From an uncultured Candidatus Saccharibacteria bacterium (GTDB taxonomy: Bacteria > Patescibacteriota > Minisyncoccia > Phycocordibacterales > CAIJYI01): DNA of 64,000 nucleotides. The notes under the pieces were generated by a model. It ran no database searches. It was given only the letters and a program-made list of their open reading frames with translations, and was not told the DNA's origin. The stretch's first letter is position 1. Every line of letters begins with the position of its first letter. Location: NCBI GenBank assembly GCA_964410165.1, contig CAYPFT010000001.1, positions 38,341-102,340 of the forward strand, given 5' to 3'. This document shows positions 19,581 through 26,925 of this stretch, piece by piece. A program made the translations under genes and the position numbers.

Positions 19581-21737
19581 TTACTCAAAATGCGCCGCAC
19601 CATCTTTCTTCGCGATTTTTTGCGCGAGCATGGGGTGTTTTTTCAAGTCTGGGTCTTTGGCAAGCATTTCTCGCGCTTCGGTCCTCGCGGCTTCCACCAT
19701 TTTTATATTCTTAATCGCTTCCATGCCGAGGTCGGAGATGCCCCACTGTTTCTTGCCGGAGAGTTCGCCGGCGCCGCGGAGGGCGAGGTCGAGTTCGGAA
19801 AGTTCGAAGCCGTTTTTGGCGGTCTTCAAGGCTTTCAACCGCTCGGCGGTTTTTGGGGAGAAGCTGTCGGTGAGGAGATAGCAGTATGCCTGGGTCTCGC
19901 TTCGAATGACGCGCCCGCGGAGTTGATGAAGCTGTGAGAGTCCGAAACGCTCGGCGCCTTCGATGGCGATAACCGTCGCGTTCGGGACATTCACGCCGAC
20001 TTCCACCACGGACGTGGCGCAGAGGATGTGGATTTCATTTTTTTCAAATTGTTCCATGATGCTCTCTTTTTCTTTCGGCGTCATTTTTCCGTGCAGTACG
20101 CCGATTTCATAATTTTGAAACACATTTTTCTTGAGCCGCTTCGCTTCTTCTTTGACGGACTTCGCATTCAGGGCAAGTTCTTTTTCCGGATCCGGTTCGT
20201 CGATGCGTGGGCAAATGACGTACGCTTGCCTTCCTTTTTCAAGCTCGCGTTTCATTTCGCCGTACATTTTCTCGCGTTTTGACGCGAGCACGATTTCCGT
20301 GATGATCGGTTTTCTTCCCGGAGGCATCGCATCAAGCAGGGTAAGGTCGAGGTCGCCGTAAATGGTGAGCGCGAGCGTGCGCGGAATCGGCGTTGCGGTC
20401 ATGGAAAGGAAGTGCGGAGCAACAGCGCCTTTTTTCACGAGTTTCATTCTTTGGGTGGTGCCGAAGCGGTGCTGTTCGTCAATGATGACGAGCGCGAGGT
20501 TTTTGAATTTCACCGATTTTTGGATGAGCGCGTGCGTGCCGAAGAGAATGTCCACTTCGCCTCCCGCGACCCATTTCAAAAGTTGCGGGCGGGAGATTTT
20601 CGTCCATTCGTCGGGCGAGACTTTGGATGGAAATTTTTTACAGCCGGAACCGGTGATAAGCCCTACCGTCACGGGAAGGTGGGAAAAATATTTAATGAAA
20701 GATTCAAAGTGCTGATTGGCGAGAATTTCCGTCGGCGCCATGTAGGCGGTTTGGAGTTTCTCAAAATCACCCTGTGCGTGTTCTTGCGTGAGCGTGTAGG
20801 CTACCGCGGCGGCAACGAACGTTTTTCCAGAACCGACATCACCCTCAAGAAGCCGGAGCATCGGTTTCCCCGAAGCCATGTCTTTCTGCACATCTTCTAT
20901 GGCGCGGTTTTGCGCTTCGGTCGGCGTGAAAGGGAAGCGTGAAATAAATTCTTCCACGTCGTCTTTGTTCGGACGAATAATAAACGATTTATTTTTCTCA
21001 AATTCCACCCTCGCCATTTGGCGGACGAGCTGAATGAAAAATATTTCTTCAAAAGCGAAACGCTTCCGCGCCGCCTCCGCATGGTCTTTTTCTTTCGGCG
21101 CGTGAATCCACACGAGCGCGGTTTTGAGAGAGGGGAGATGATATTTTTGCGTAATCTCTTCCGGTATCGGGTCAGCGATATTTTCGAGTACACCTCCTTT
21201 GATGGCTTTTTGAATGGCGTGATAGAACCACTTGCTCGTAATTCCGCGCGTTTCGGGGTACACGGGGTATGAGAACGCGTCCAGAGCATCCGTATCCCTG
21301 AAAAGCGAGTTGCCCGCATCAATCGGCATATCCTTCGTTTTCTCAATTTCTGGATTATTGAGGTAGAGCGTTCCTTTCCGCTCTGCGAGAGCCCCTGAGA
21401 GCTTCACCAAGTCGCCCTCGGCAAACATTTTGGCGATATACGGCTGGCGGAACCACACCGCCTTCAAATGCCCCGTACGGTCTTCCACAGACGCCTCCGC
21501 GAATGTCATTTTAGACTTAAACCCCTTGGCGGTTTTGAGCCCCGATATCTTCCCATAAATCACCGCCTTTTCACCCAAAACAAGCTCCGATATATTTTTC
21601 ACCTCTGAAATGGTGCTGTATCGCGAAGGGAAGTAGTAAATAAGGTCGCCAAGCGTGCGCAAATTAAGCCTTTCCAACGCCTGTCGTTGCGTCGGCTGGA
21701 GGCGAAAAGTTTCTTCAATAGAAGAGTCGAGCTTCAT
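19581..21737 (-). CDS. recG: ATP-dependent DNA helicase RecG
   Basis: Wedge domain, helicase motifs (GDVGSGKT, DEQHRFG, TATPIPRT) and the C-terminal RecG region. Start chosen at MKLDSS (21737); the longer ORF reaches 21794. Confidence 0.85.
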   Translation of the reverse strand: MKLDSSIEETFRLQPTQRQALERLNLRTLGDLIYYFPSRYSTISEVKNISELVLGEKAVIYGKISGLKTAKGFKSKMTFAEASVEDRTGHLKAVWFRQPYIAKMFAEGDLVKLSGALAERKGTLYLNNPEIEKTKDMPIDAGNSLFRDTDALDAFSYPVYPETRGITSKWFYHAIQKAIKGGVLENIADPIPEEITQKYHLPSLKTALVWIHAPKEKDHAEAARKRFAFEEIFFIQLVRQMARVEFEKNKSFIIRPNKDDVEEFISRFPFTPTEAQNRAIEDVQKDMASGKPMLRLLEGDVGSGKTFVAAAVAYTLTQEHAQGDFEKLQTAYMAPTEILANQHFESFIKYFSHLPVTVGLITGSGCKKFPSKVSPDEWTKISRPQLLKWVAGGEVDILFGTHALIQKSVKFKNLALVIIDEQHRFGTTQRMKLVKKGAVAPHFLSMTATPIPRTLALTIYGDLDLTLLDAMPPGRKPIITEIVLASKREKMYGEMKRELEKGRQAYVICPRIDEPDPEKELALNAKSVKEEAKRLKKNVFQNYEIGVLHGKMTPKEKESIMEQFEKNEIHILCATSVVEVGVNVPNATVIAIEGAERFGLSQLHQLRGRVIRSETQAYCYLLTDSFSPKTAERLKALKTAKNGFELSELDLALRGAGELSGKKQWGISDLGMEAIKNIKMVEAARTEAREMLAKDPDLKKHPMLAQKIAKKDGAAHFE

Positions 21738-21826
21738 AAGGCTAGCATAGCAGACGGGCAGGGTACTTGACAAGAAAATTAAAGTATGATACACATAAAG
21801 ATGGATGAGTAATTTTTAGGAGAAAC

Positions 21827-22105
21827 ATGATGAGTATTTATTATTTAGAGGTTGAGGTAGATGGTTTTTGTGCGGATGCACTTTTTGGCTACTGTCATTA
21901 TAAAATCACCGCAAAATCGGATGAAGCCGCCAAAAAATACGCCAGAGAAAAAGTGAAGAAACTACATAATCCTTCCGGTAACTGGTTCAAAAAATGTAAA
22001 GTAATAGGGGTAATTTTAAAAAAAGAAACTACCCTCCTCAATTTATCTGCAGCAGTAATTATTACAAATAATCCAATCATTGAGTGGATTGAAGAAAAGA
22101 AGTAA
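21827..22105 (+). CDS. Hypothetical small protein
   Basis: 92-aa ORF with AGGAG RBS 6 nt before the ATG. Followed by a terminator. Confidence 0.4.
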   Translation: MMSIYYLEVEVDGFCADALFGYCHYKITAKSDEAAKKYAREKVKKLHNPSGNWFKKCKVIGVILKKETTLLNLSAAVIITNNPIIEWIEEKK

Positions 22106-22125
22106 ATTTTTAAGTTAAGTTTTAT

Positions 22126-22158
22126 CGCCGGACGGGATGTTGTACCCCCGTCCGGTTT
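22126..22158. terminator. Rho-independent terminator (bidirectional)
   Basis: ccggacggg-atgttgtacc-cccgtccgg followed by ttttt. Confidence 0.6.
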
Positions 22159-22303
22159 TTCGTGCAGTCAAACTTTGCATATGCAAGAAAGTGACTACGC
22201 ACATGAATGGAGAAAAAAGAAACAAAACAAAAAAGAAAAGTTTTTGGCGATGTTCGAGAGCGTGACTTTTAATTTTTTACTTTCAACTTTTAACCTCGCC
22301 TTT

Positions 22304-22753
22304 TTATTTCACGACAACCACCCCCATCATCTTCGGGTTCAAATGATTATGGTATCCCCATTCGCCGGGCTTAGTGAAAATGAATTCGTAAGTTTTTTCG
22401 TCGGGGATTTCTGTTTTTGAGTCAAAATCAGAATAGTCGGTGTGCATCGGGTGCGGGTTTGATGCGGGCAAAAAAGCCGAACCGCTTTTGTTGGTGAACG
22501 TTACCGTGTCGCCGACTGCGATGCTCAAAACGGCGGGAGCAAAACCATCGGCGGTATAGGTTACTTCATGTTTTTGCTTCGGTGTACTTGCGGCGCTCGG
22601 CGCTTCTTCGGGGGCGGACGGTGTGGTGTTTTCGGTTGCCGTGATTTTTTCGAGCGGCGGAGCTTTTACATCTTTCGGGTCGGAGAGTATGAAATATCCG
22701 CCGGCGAGAAGGATGATAAGAATGATTACAATCGAAAGGCTTTTGTTTTGCAT
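22304..22753 (-). CDS. Membrane-anchored cupredoxin-like protein, hypothetical
   Basis: N-terminal TM anchor, Pro/Ala/Ser-rich linker. C-terminal beta domain ending GEWGYHNHLNPKMMGVVVV, reminiscent of the cupredoxin C-terminus but without the Cys ligand. Confidence 0.45.
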   Translation of the reverse strand: MQNKSLSIVIILIILLAGGYFILSDPKDVKAPPLEKITATENTTPSAPEEAPSAASTPKQKHEVTYTADGFAPAVLSIAVGDTVTFTNKSGSAFLPASNPHPMHTDYSDFDSKTEIPDEKTYEFIFTKPGEWGYHNHLNPKMMGVVVVK

Positions 22754-22806
22754 AAGAGTTTTTACTGATTTTTAATACCCCCAGTATATACCCGCAACGT
22801 TCTTTT

Positions 22807-23631
22807 TTACAGAGAACAGACAACGACACGCCATCGGTCGAACTGGTCTTTCCAAAACTCCGTGCGGAAAGGGGAGAAGGCGGAGAGTTTTTTAATCTCT
22901 TCTTTTTGCCATGAGTCAAATTCAATGAACAGTTTGCCTCCATGGGCGAGGAATTGCGGGGCTTCAGCAAGGAGTTTTTTTATGTAAAACAATCCGTCGT
23001 CTTCGGCAAACAGCGCACCGTCCGGTTCGTAGTTGAGGACGGATTTTTGGACGGCTTCAATTTTCGCGCGGGAGATATAGGGCGGGTTCGCAAAGATAAA
23101 GTTATATTTTTTTGGTGAGATATTCTTGAAAACGTCTGATGTAAAAACCCGCGCACGTTTATGGTCAATATTGTTGAGAGCTAGATTTTTTTCTATTTGC
23201 GCTACAAAGGCAGGTTCTTTTTCTCCGAAGTCTACGGTCGCTGTCAAGAGGTGTTTTAAGAGAGCGATACCAATACAGCCGGAGCCGGAAAAAATGTCGA
23301 GAATTCGGAGGCTTCTCCACCTCTTTAGAGGGGAGTCCGCCAGCTGGCGGAGAGAGGGGGTGGTTTCTTTCACCCCACCCGGCCTCCCCTCTGAAGAGGG
23401 GAGGAGGACGTCGACTACGGCTTTTTCTACCCACCACTCTGTTTCTGTCCGGGGAATAAGCGGGCGGGAAGAGAGGTCGATTTTGCACCCTAAAAACTCA
23501 AAAAAACCGATAAGGTAATCTATCGGTTCTCCTGATTCAAGGCACTTCACGCCTTCGAAGAATTCGGGGGTTTTTTGTCCGCCGTACTTTTCGCGAAGCA
23601 ACCATTCTGTTTCTTTGGCGTAATTATTCAA
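22807..23631 (-). CDS. prmC: Release-factor glutamine methyltransferase PrmC/HemK, containing a ~32-codon in-frame repeat insertion
   Basis: NPPY motif (FIFANPPYI), SAM motif ILDIFSGSGCIGIAL. The segment LLPSSEGRPGGVKETTPSLRQLADSPLKRWRS is encoded by DNA shared with the MITE at 43891-44234. Confidence 0.75.
   Translation of the reverse strand: MNNYAKETEWLLREKYGGQKTPEFFEGVKCLESGEPIDYLIGFFEFLGCKIDLSSRPLIPRTETEWWVEKAVVDVLLPSSEGRPGGVKETTPSLRQLADSPLKRWRSLRILDIFSGSGCIGIALLKHLLTATVDFGEKEPAFVAQIEKNLALNNIDHKRARVFTSDVFKNISPKKYNFIFANPPYISRAKIEAVQKSVLNYEPDGALFAEDDGLFYIKKLLAEAPQFLAHGGKLFIEFDSWQKEEIKKLSAFSPFRTEFWKDQFDRWRVVVCSL
23325..23415. repeat. Family-2 MITE-derived fragment inserted in frame inside prmC
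   Basis: A 31-bp block ggggagtccgccagctggcggagagaggggg is identical to 44144-44174. Its neighbour cccctctgaagaggggaggaggacgtcg matches 44030-44056 with 3 mismatches. Confidence 0.65.
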
Positions 23632-23632
23632 A

Positions 23633-23989
23633 TTAGGCTGCTGTTTCTACTACTTTTGCAAACACTTCCGGATGAAATTCCGCGAGTTCGGCGAGCATTT
23701 TTCGGTTGAGGGAGATTTCTTTCTTTTTGAGTGCGCCGATGAGTTTGCTGTAAGAGGAAATTTTTTCATTTCCAAGAGCGCGGATGCCGGCATTAATCTT
23801 GATGTTCCATAATCGGCGGAAGTCGCCTTTTTTGTCGCGGCGGTGAGCGAAAGCATGAGAGCCGGCATGAACGATGGCGTCATACGCTTGGCGTTCTTTT
23901 GTGCTTCGGCCGAAGCGATACCCCTTCGTCTGCTTCAAGACGTTCTTTCTGGTTTTATTGGCGATGGTTCCTCGTTTTACGCGTGTCAT
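23633..23989 (-). CDS. rplT: 50S ribosomal protein L20
   Basis: MTRVKRGTIANKTRKNVLKQTKGYRFGRSTKERQAY... is a typical L20. Confidence 0.95.
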   Translation of the reverse strand: MTRVKRGTIANKTRKNVLKQTKGYRFGRSTKERQAYDAIVHAGSHAFAHRRDKKGDFRRLWNIKINAGIRALGNEKISSYSKLIGALKKKEISLNRKMLAELAEFHPEVFAKVVETAA

Positions 23990-24022
23990 GTTATTGATTT
24001 TTAGTACGAAGTTTATAGACGG

Positions 24023-24208
24023 TTAGGTGTTTGGGAGGAAACGGCTTTTGGTTTTGTTTTTCATAACAAAGCCGGAAACCTTCTTTTTCCCGAGCTGTTT
24101 CACCCTTGATTCTTTTGCATTAAAGTGATCGTGACCGCTTTTGCGGACAAGAATCTTTCCTTTCTTCGTTACTTTCATCCGTTTTGAATATGATTTATTT
24201 GATTTCAT
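24023..24208 (-). CDS. rpmI: 50S ribosomal protein L35
   Basis: 61-aa basic protein, MKSNKSYSKRMKVTKKGKILVRKSGHDHFNAKESR. Confidence 0.85.
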   Translation of the reverse strand: MKSNKSYSKRMKVTKKGKILVRKSGHDHFNAKESRVKQLGKKKVSGFVMKNKTKSRFLPNT

Positions 24209-24762
24209 GGTTGGTTTGTTTCTTTGGGGGGTTCGTTTACCGGACTCGGTGATATTTTTGCCGCCCCCTTTTCTATAATAAGCGTCAGCCCTTTCGGCCC
24301 TTTTTTCGGGCCGTCAACTATCTTAAACTCTTCGGTTATGAAGTGGAGCAGACGATCCAGCCGTTCTTTCAGGAAGGCGTCATTTAAGTATTTGGCGCGA
24401 CCTTTCAGAAAGAGATTGATTTTGACGCGATGACCTTCCTTGAGCCATGTCGAGGCGTTTTTTGCTTTCAGAGAGAGGTCGTGCTCGCCGGTGCCGATGG
24501 TAACTTGAAGGGACTTCAGTTCAACAATGTGCGCTTTTGACCTCGCTACCTTCTCTTTTTTGCTCTTCTCGTAGAGAAATTTACCATAATCCAGTATTTT
24601 TGCAACCGGCGGGGTCGCGGTGGGGGATATTTCCACCAAATCAAGCTCTGTTTTTTCAGCAAGAGCAAGCGCTTCTTCGCGCGACATCACTCCCAAAATG
24701 CCGCCATCGTGTCCGATGACCCGCAGTTGCGGCGAACGTATTTGGTTGTTAATTCTCTCCAT
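24205..24762 (-). CDS. infC: Translation initiation factor IF-3
   Basis: RINNQIRSPQLRVIGHDG...LDLVEISPTATPPVAKILDYGKFLYE and the C-terminal domain. The start is uncertain because IF-3 often uses non-ATG starts. Confidence 0.8.
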   Translation of the reverse strand: MERINNQIRSPQLRVIGHDGGILGVMSREEALALAEKTELDLVEISPTATPPVAKILDYGKFLYEKSKKEKVARSKAHIVELKSLQVTIGTGEHDLSLKAKNASTWLKEGHRVKINLFLKGRAKYLNDAFLKERLDRLLHFITEEFKIVDGPKKGPKGLTLIIEKGAAKISPSPVNEPPKETNQP

Positions 24763-24837
24763 TTGAAAATAAATATGCCTCATTCCGGGCAGGTGAAAAC
24801 ATACTAACAAATCCGGAGTCTTTTGGCAAATAAATAA

Positions 24838-25063
24838 CTCACCTTACGCACGACTGGAAAGATTTGGTCGGTGAGTCCACCACAAGAGTACTTCCATTTT
24901 CTAATCGCTTCGCTCAAGAAAATTAGGTCGCTCCTCTTGGAGGTCTCACCGCCAAATCTTTGACTTTCAGCGTTCGATTTTGGCGGTTTCACCTCCAAGA
25001 GGAGGAGAAACCGACCAAAATTTATGCCGAAGCCGTATGTTGTCGCAACTGTGCGTAAGTCCT
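24838..25063 (+). mobile_element. Family-1 MITE, copy B (~226 bp)
   Basis: tcaccttacgcacgactggaaagatttggtcggtgagtcc ... ggagaaaccgaccaaaatttatgccgaagccgtatgttgtcgcaactgtgcgtaagtcct. Lies between infC and a hypothetical gene. Confidence 0.7.
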
Positions 25064-25110
25064 AATAAAAAAGCCAGCACCTTTCATGGTGTGGCTTTTG
25101 CGATATGGCG

Positions 25111-25470
25111 TCAGGGCAGTATTCCAGCGACGAACACTTGTCCCTTGCTAAAATTTTCAACAACGGTTTGTGTTCGCCGTTCATCTTCCTGTTCCTGGTT
25201 TTCTGGCGGGCGCGGATAATTGCACCGCACGCCGTCCTCAATCCGGGAAAAAAAAGCAGGACTTGGTTCCTCGTCCCCATGCATCGTGTTTGCGGTTATC
25301 TCTGCCCCGCATGGCACATAGTTCAGGGCGAGGGTCGTTCCATCCGGGAACATTATTTTTACGGTTATTTGGTCGGCAGTACCGCCGCCCTCGATTTGGA
25401 TATTGCTTTTCGGCAATATCATTGTGCTTTTCGCTTGCTGTTCGGAACAACGGCAGACCTTATCACTCAT
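25111..25470 (-). CDS. Hypothetical protein
   Basis: ORF with GGGAGTGAG RBS before MSDKVCRC... No motif recognised. Confidence 0.4.
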   Translation of the reverse strand: MSDKVCRCSEQQAKSTMILPKSNIQIEGGGTADQITVKIMFPDGTTLALNYVPCGAEITANTMHGDEEPSPAFFSRIEDGVRCNYPRPPENQEQEDERRTQTVVENFSKGQVFVAGILP

Positions 25471-25539
25471 TTTTCTCACTCCCATGTTTGCGAAATTTTA
25501 AGGTTCAAACTATAACATGTATTTATAGCAACTCATTTT

Positions 25540-26130
25540 TTACTCGTCAAGTGTGGATAAGTTAGCCACTGCGGAGCAGGGGTTTTTGAAAAATGAAGCG
25601 GTTCGTTGCGTACGAACCGCCCTTTTCTTCATTCCATGTCGTAAAGCTTGAGCATCCTTTTCAATTTTTTTTTCCTCGTCATGGTCAGGCGGGCGCGGAT
25701 GCCGAACCCTTTTTTTGCCAGTGTAACCATGGCGGCAGGCTCCCTTCCCTCTTTGCCTTTGCGTCGGTTTACTCCCGTAGACAACATCGTCCTCTGTTAG
25801 TGTCGAGAAATCCACACAGGAGGACGAGGGAGCGACTGAAGAAATCATTTTTTTGTTCGCGGCTTCCCAGTCTTCGGCAAAGCACCACGGGGAAGCCATT
25901 AACTTCCCTTCCTTTCCTGCGACGGCATCAAACATGACGCGATCGTCAGTCTTTGGTTCGCGGTCAAGCTTCTTTTCGGACACCTCCGCTTTGCCGCCTT
26001 CCCCCACTTTAATGCTTTTTCCATTTTTCACACGAAAAAAGATATCCTTTCCTCCCTCTTCATGTGCGATAAATCCAAAACCTTTTTGAGGGAAAAAGGT
26101 TTTTACAACCCCAATTTCTTTCATTTTCAA
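25540..26130 (-). CDS. Cold-shock domain protein with a long low-complexity C-terminal extension
   Basis: N-terminus GVVKTFFPQKGFGFIAHEEGGKDIFFRV is the CspA-like RNP motif. A 196-aa stop-free frame follows. RBS GGAG present. Confidence 0.6.
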   Translation of the reverse strand: MKMKEIGVVKTFFPQKGFGFIAHEEGGKDIFFRVKNGKSIKVGEGGKAEVSEKKLDREPKTDDRVMFDAVAGKEGKLMASPWCFAEDWEAANKKMISSVAPSSSCVDFSTLTEDDVVYGSKPTQRQRGKGACRHGYTGKKRVRHPRPPDHDEEKKIEKDAQALRHGMKKRAVRTQRTASFFKNPCSAVANLSTLDE

Positions 26131-26298
26131 TCTCCAAAAAAATTTAAATTGTCGCTACTTAAAAGCGGCATTTTTGTTCTTAACGTCAAGTTTCAGTACT
26201 TTTTAAGCCTAGCATATGAATGGTTTCTTGTCAAATTATTTTTTGCCATTGTCGGAGTTGCCGAAGTTCGTGGTAGTATTATAGAACTTACGCAAACG

Positions 26299-26886
26299 AT
26301 GGCATATTACATATACAATACCCGCGGTTTTATCGCGGACAGTACGAATATCGGCGAAGCGGATCGCGCGGTATCGGTTTTTACCGAACACCTCGGACTT
26401 CTTCGCGTGAATGTTCGTGCGGCACGGAAGGTGTCTTCCAAGCTGCGTTTTTCACTTTCACCGTATTCATTGGTGCGCATCGCGCTGATACGCGGAAAAA
26501 ACGCGTGGCGCCTTACGGATGCCGAGGAGATCGTATCTTTTCGCGGGATTCGCGCAGAAAGGAAACGGCAACTGATCGCCGGCGTTTTTTCTCTCGTGAA
26601 TCGGCTGGTTCACGGCGAAGGGGAGAATCAGGCGCTTTTTCGGGGACTGGAAGACCTCTTCGGTTTTCTGCAAAGAGAAGAGAATCTTTCAGACGGCGAG
26701 GCGTTGATAACGGAAACCGTCACGGCGTGTCGGATTCTCTCCGCACTCGGGTATATGGGAGAAAACAAAAACGTTTCAGCGCTCCTCTCCCTTCCAATTT
26801 CAAAATCTCTTCTGGATGATTTCTCGCCGCATTGGCGCGGAATACGGGAGGAGATTGTTCGAGCGTTGCGGGAATCGCATTTATAG
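26299..26886 (+). CDS. recO: DNA repair protein RecO (short form)
   Basis: MAYYIYNTRGFIADSTNIGEADRAVSVFTEHLGLLRVNVRAARKVSSKLRFSLSPYSLVRIAL matches the RecO N-terminal OB-fold. Start chosen at 26299 within the longer ORF. Confidence 0.55.
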   Translation: MAYYIYNTRGFIADSTNIGEADRAVSVFTEHLGLLRVNVRAARKVSSKLRFSLSPYSLVRIALIRGKNAWRLTDAEEIVSFRGIRAERKRQLIAGVFSLVNRLVHGEGENQALFRGLEDLFGFLQREENLSDGEALITETVTACRILSALGYMGENKNVSALLSLPISKSLLDDFSPHWRGIREEIVRALRESHL

Positions 26887-26925
26887 TAGCTACACGCACG
26901 CAAAGTGCCGTGGTATAATGTTTTT

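Noticed and set aside
19425-19937. 170-aa plus-strand ORF overlapping recG
   Set aside because: It is antisense to the well-supported recG coding sequence. It has G/A-rich low-complexity translation typical of antisense frames in GC-balanced genes.
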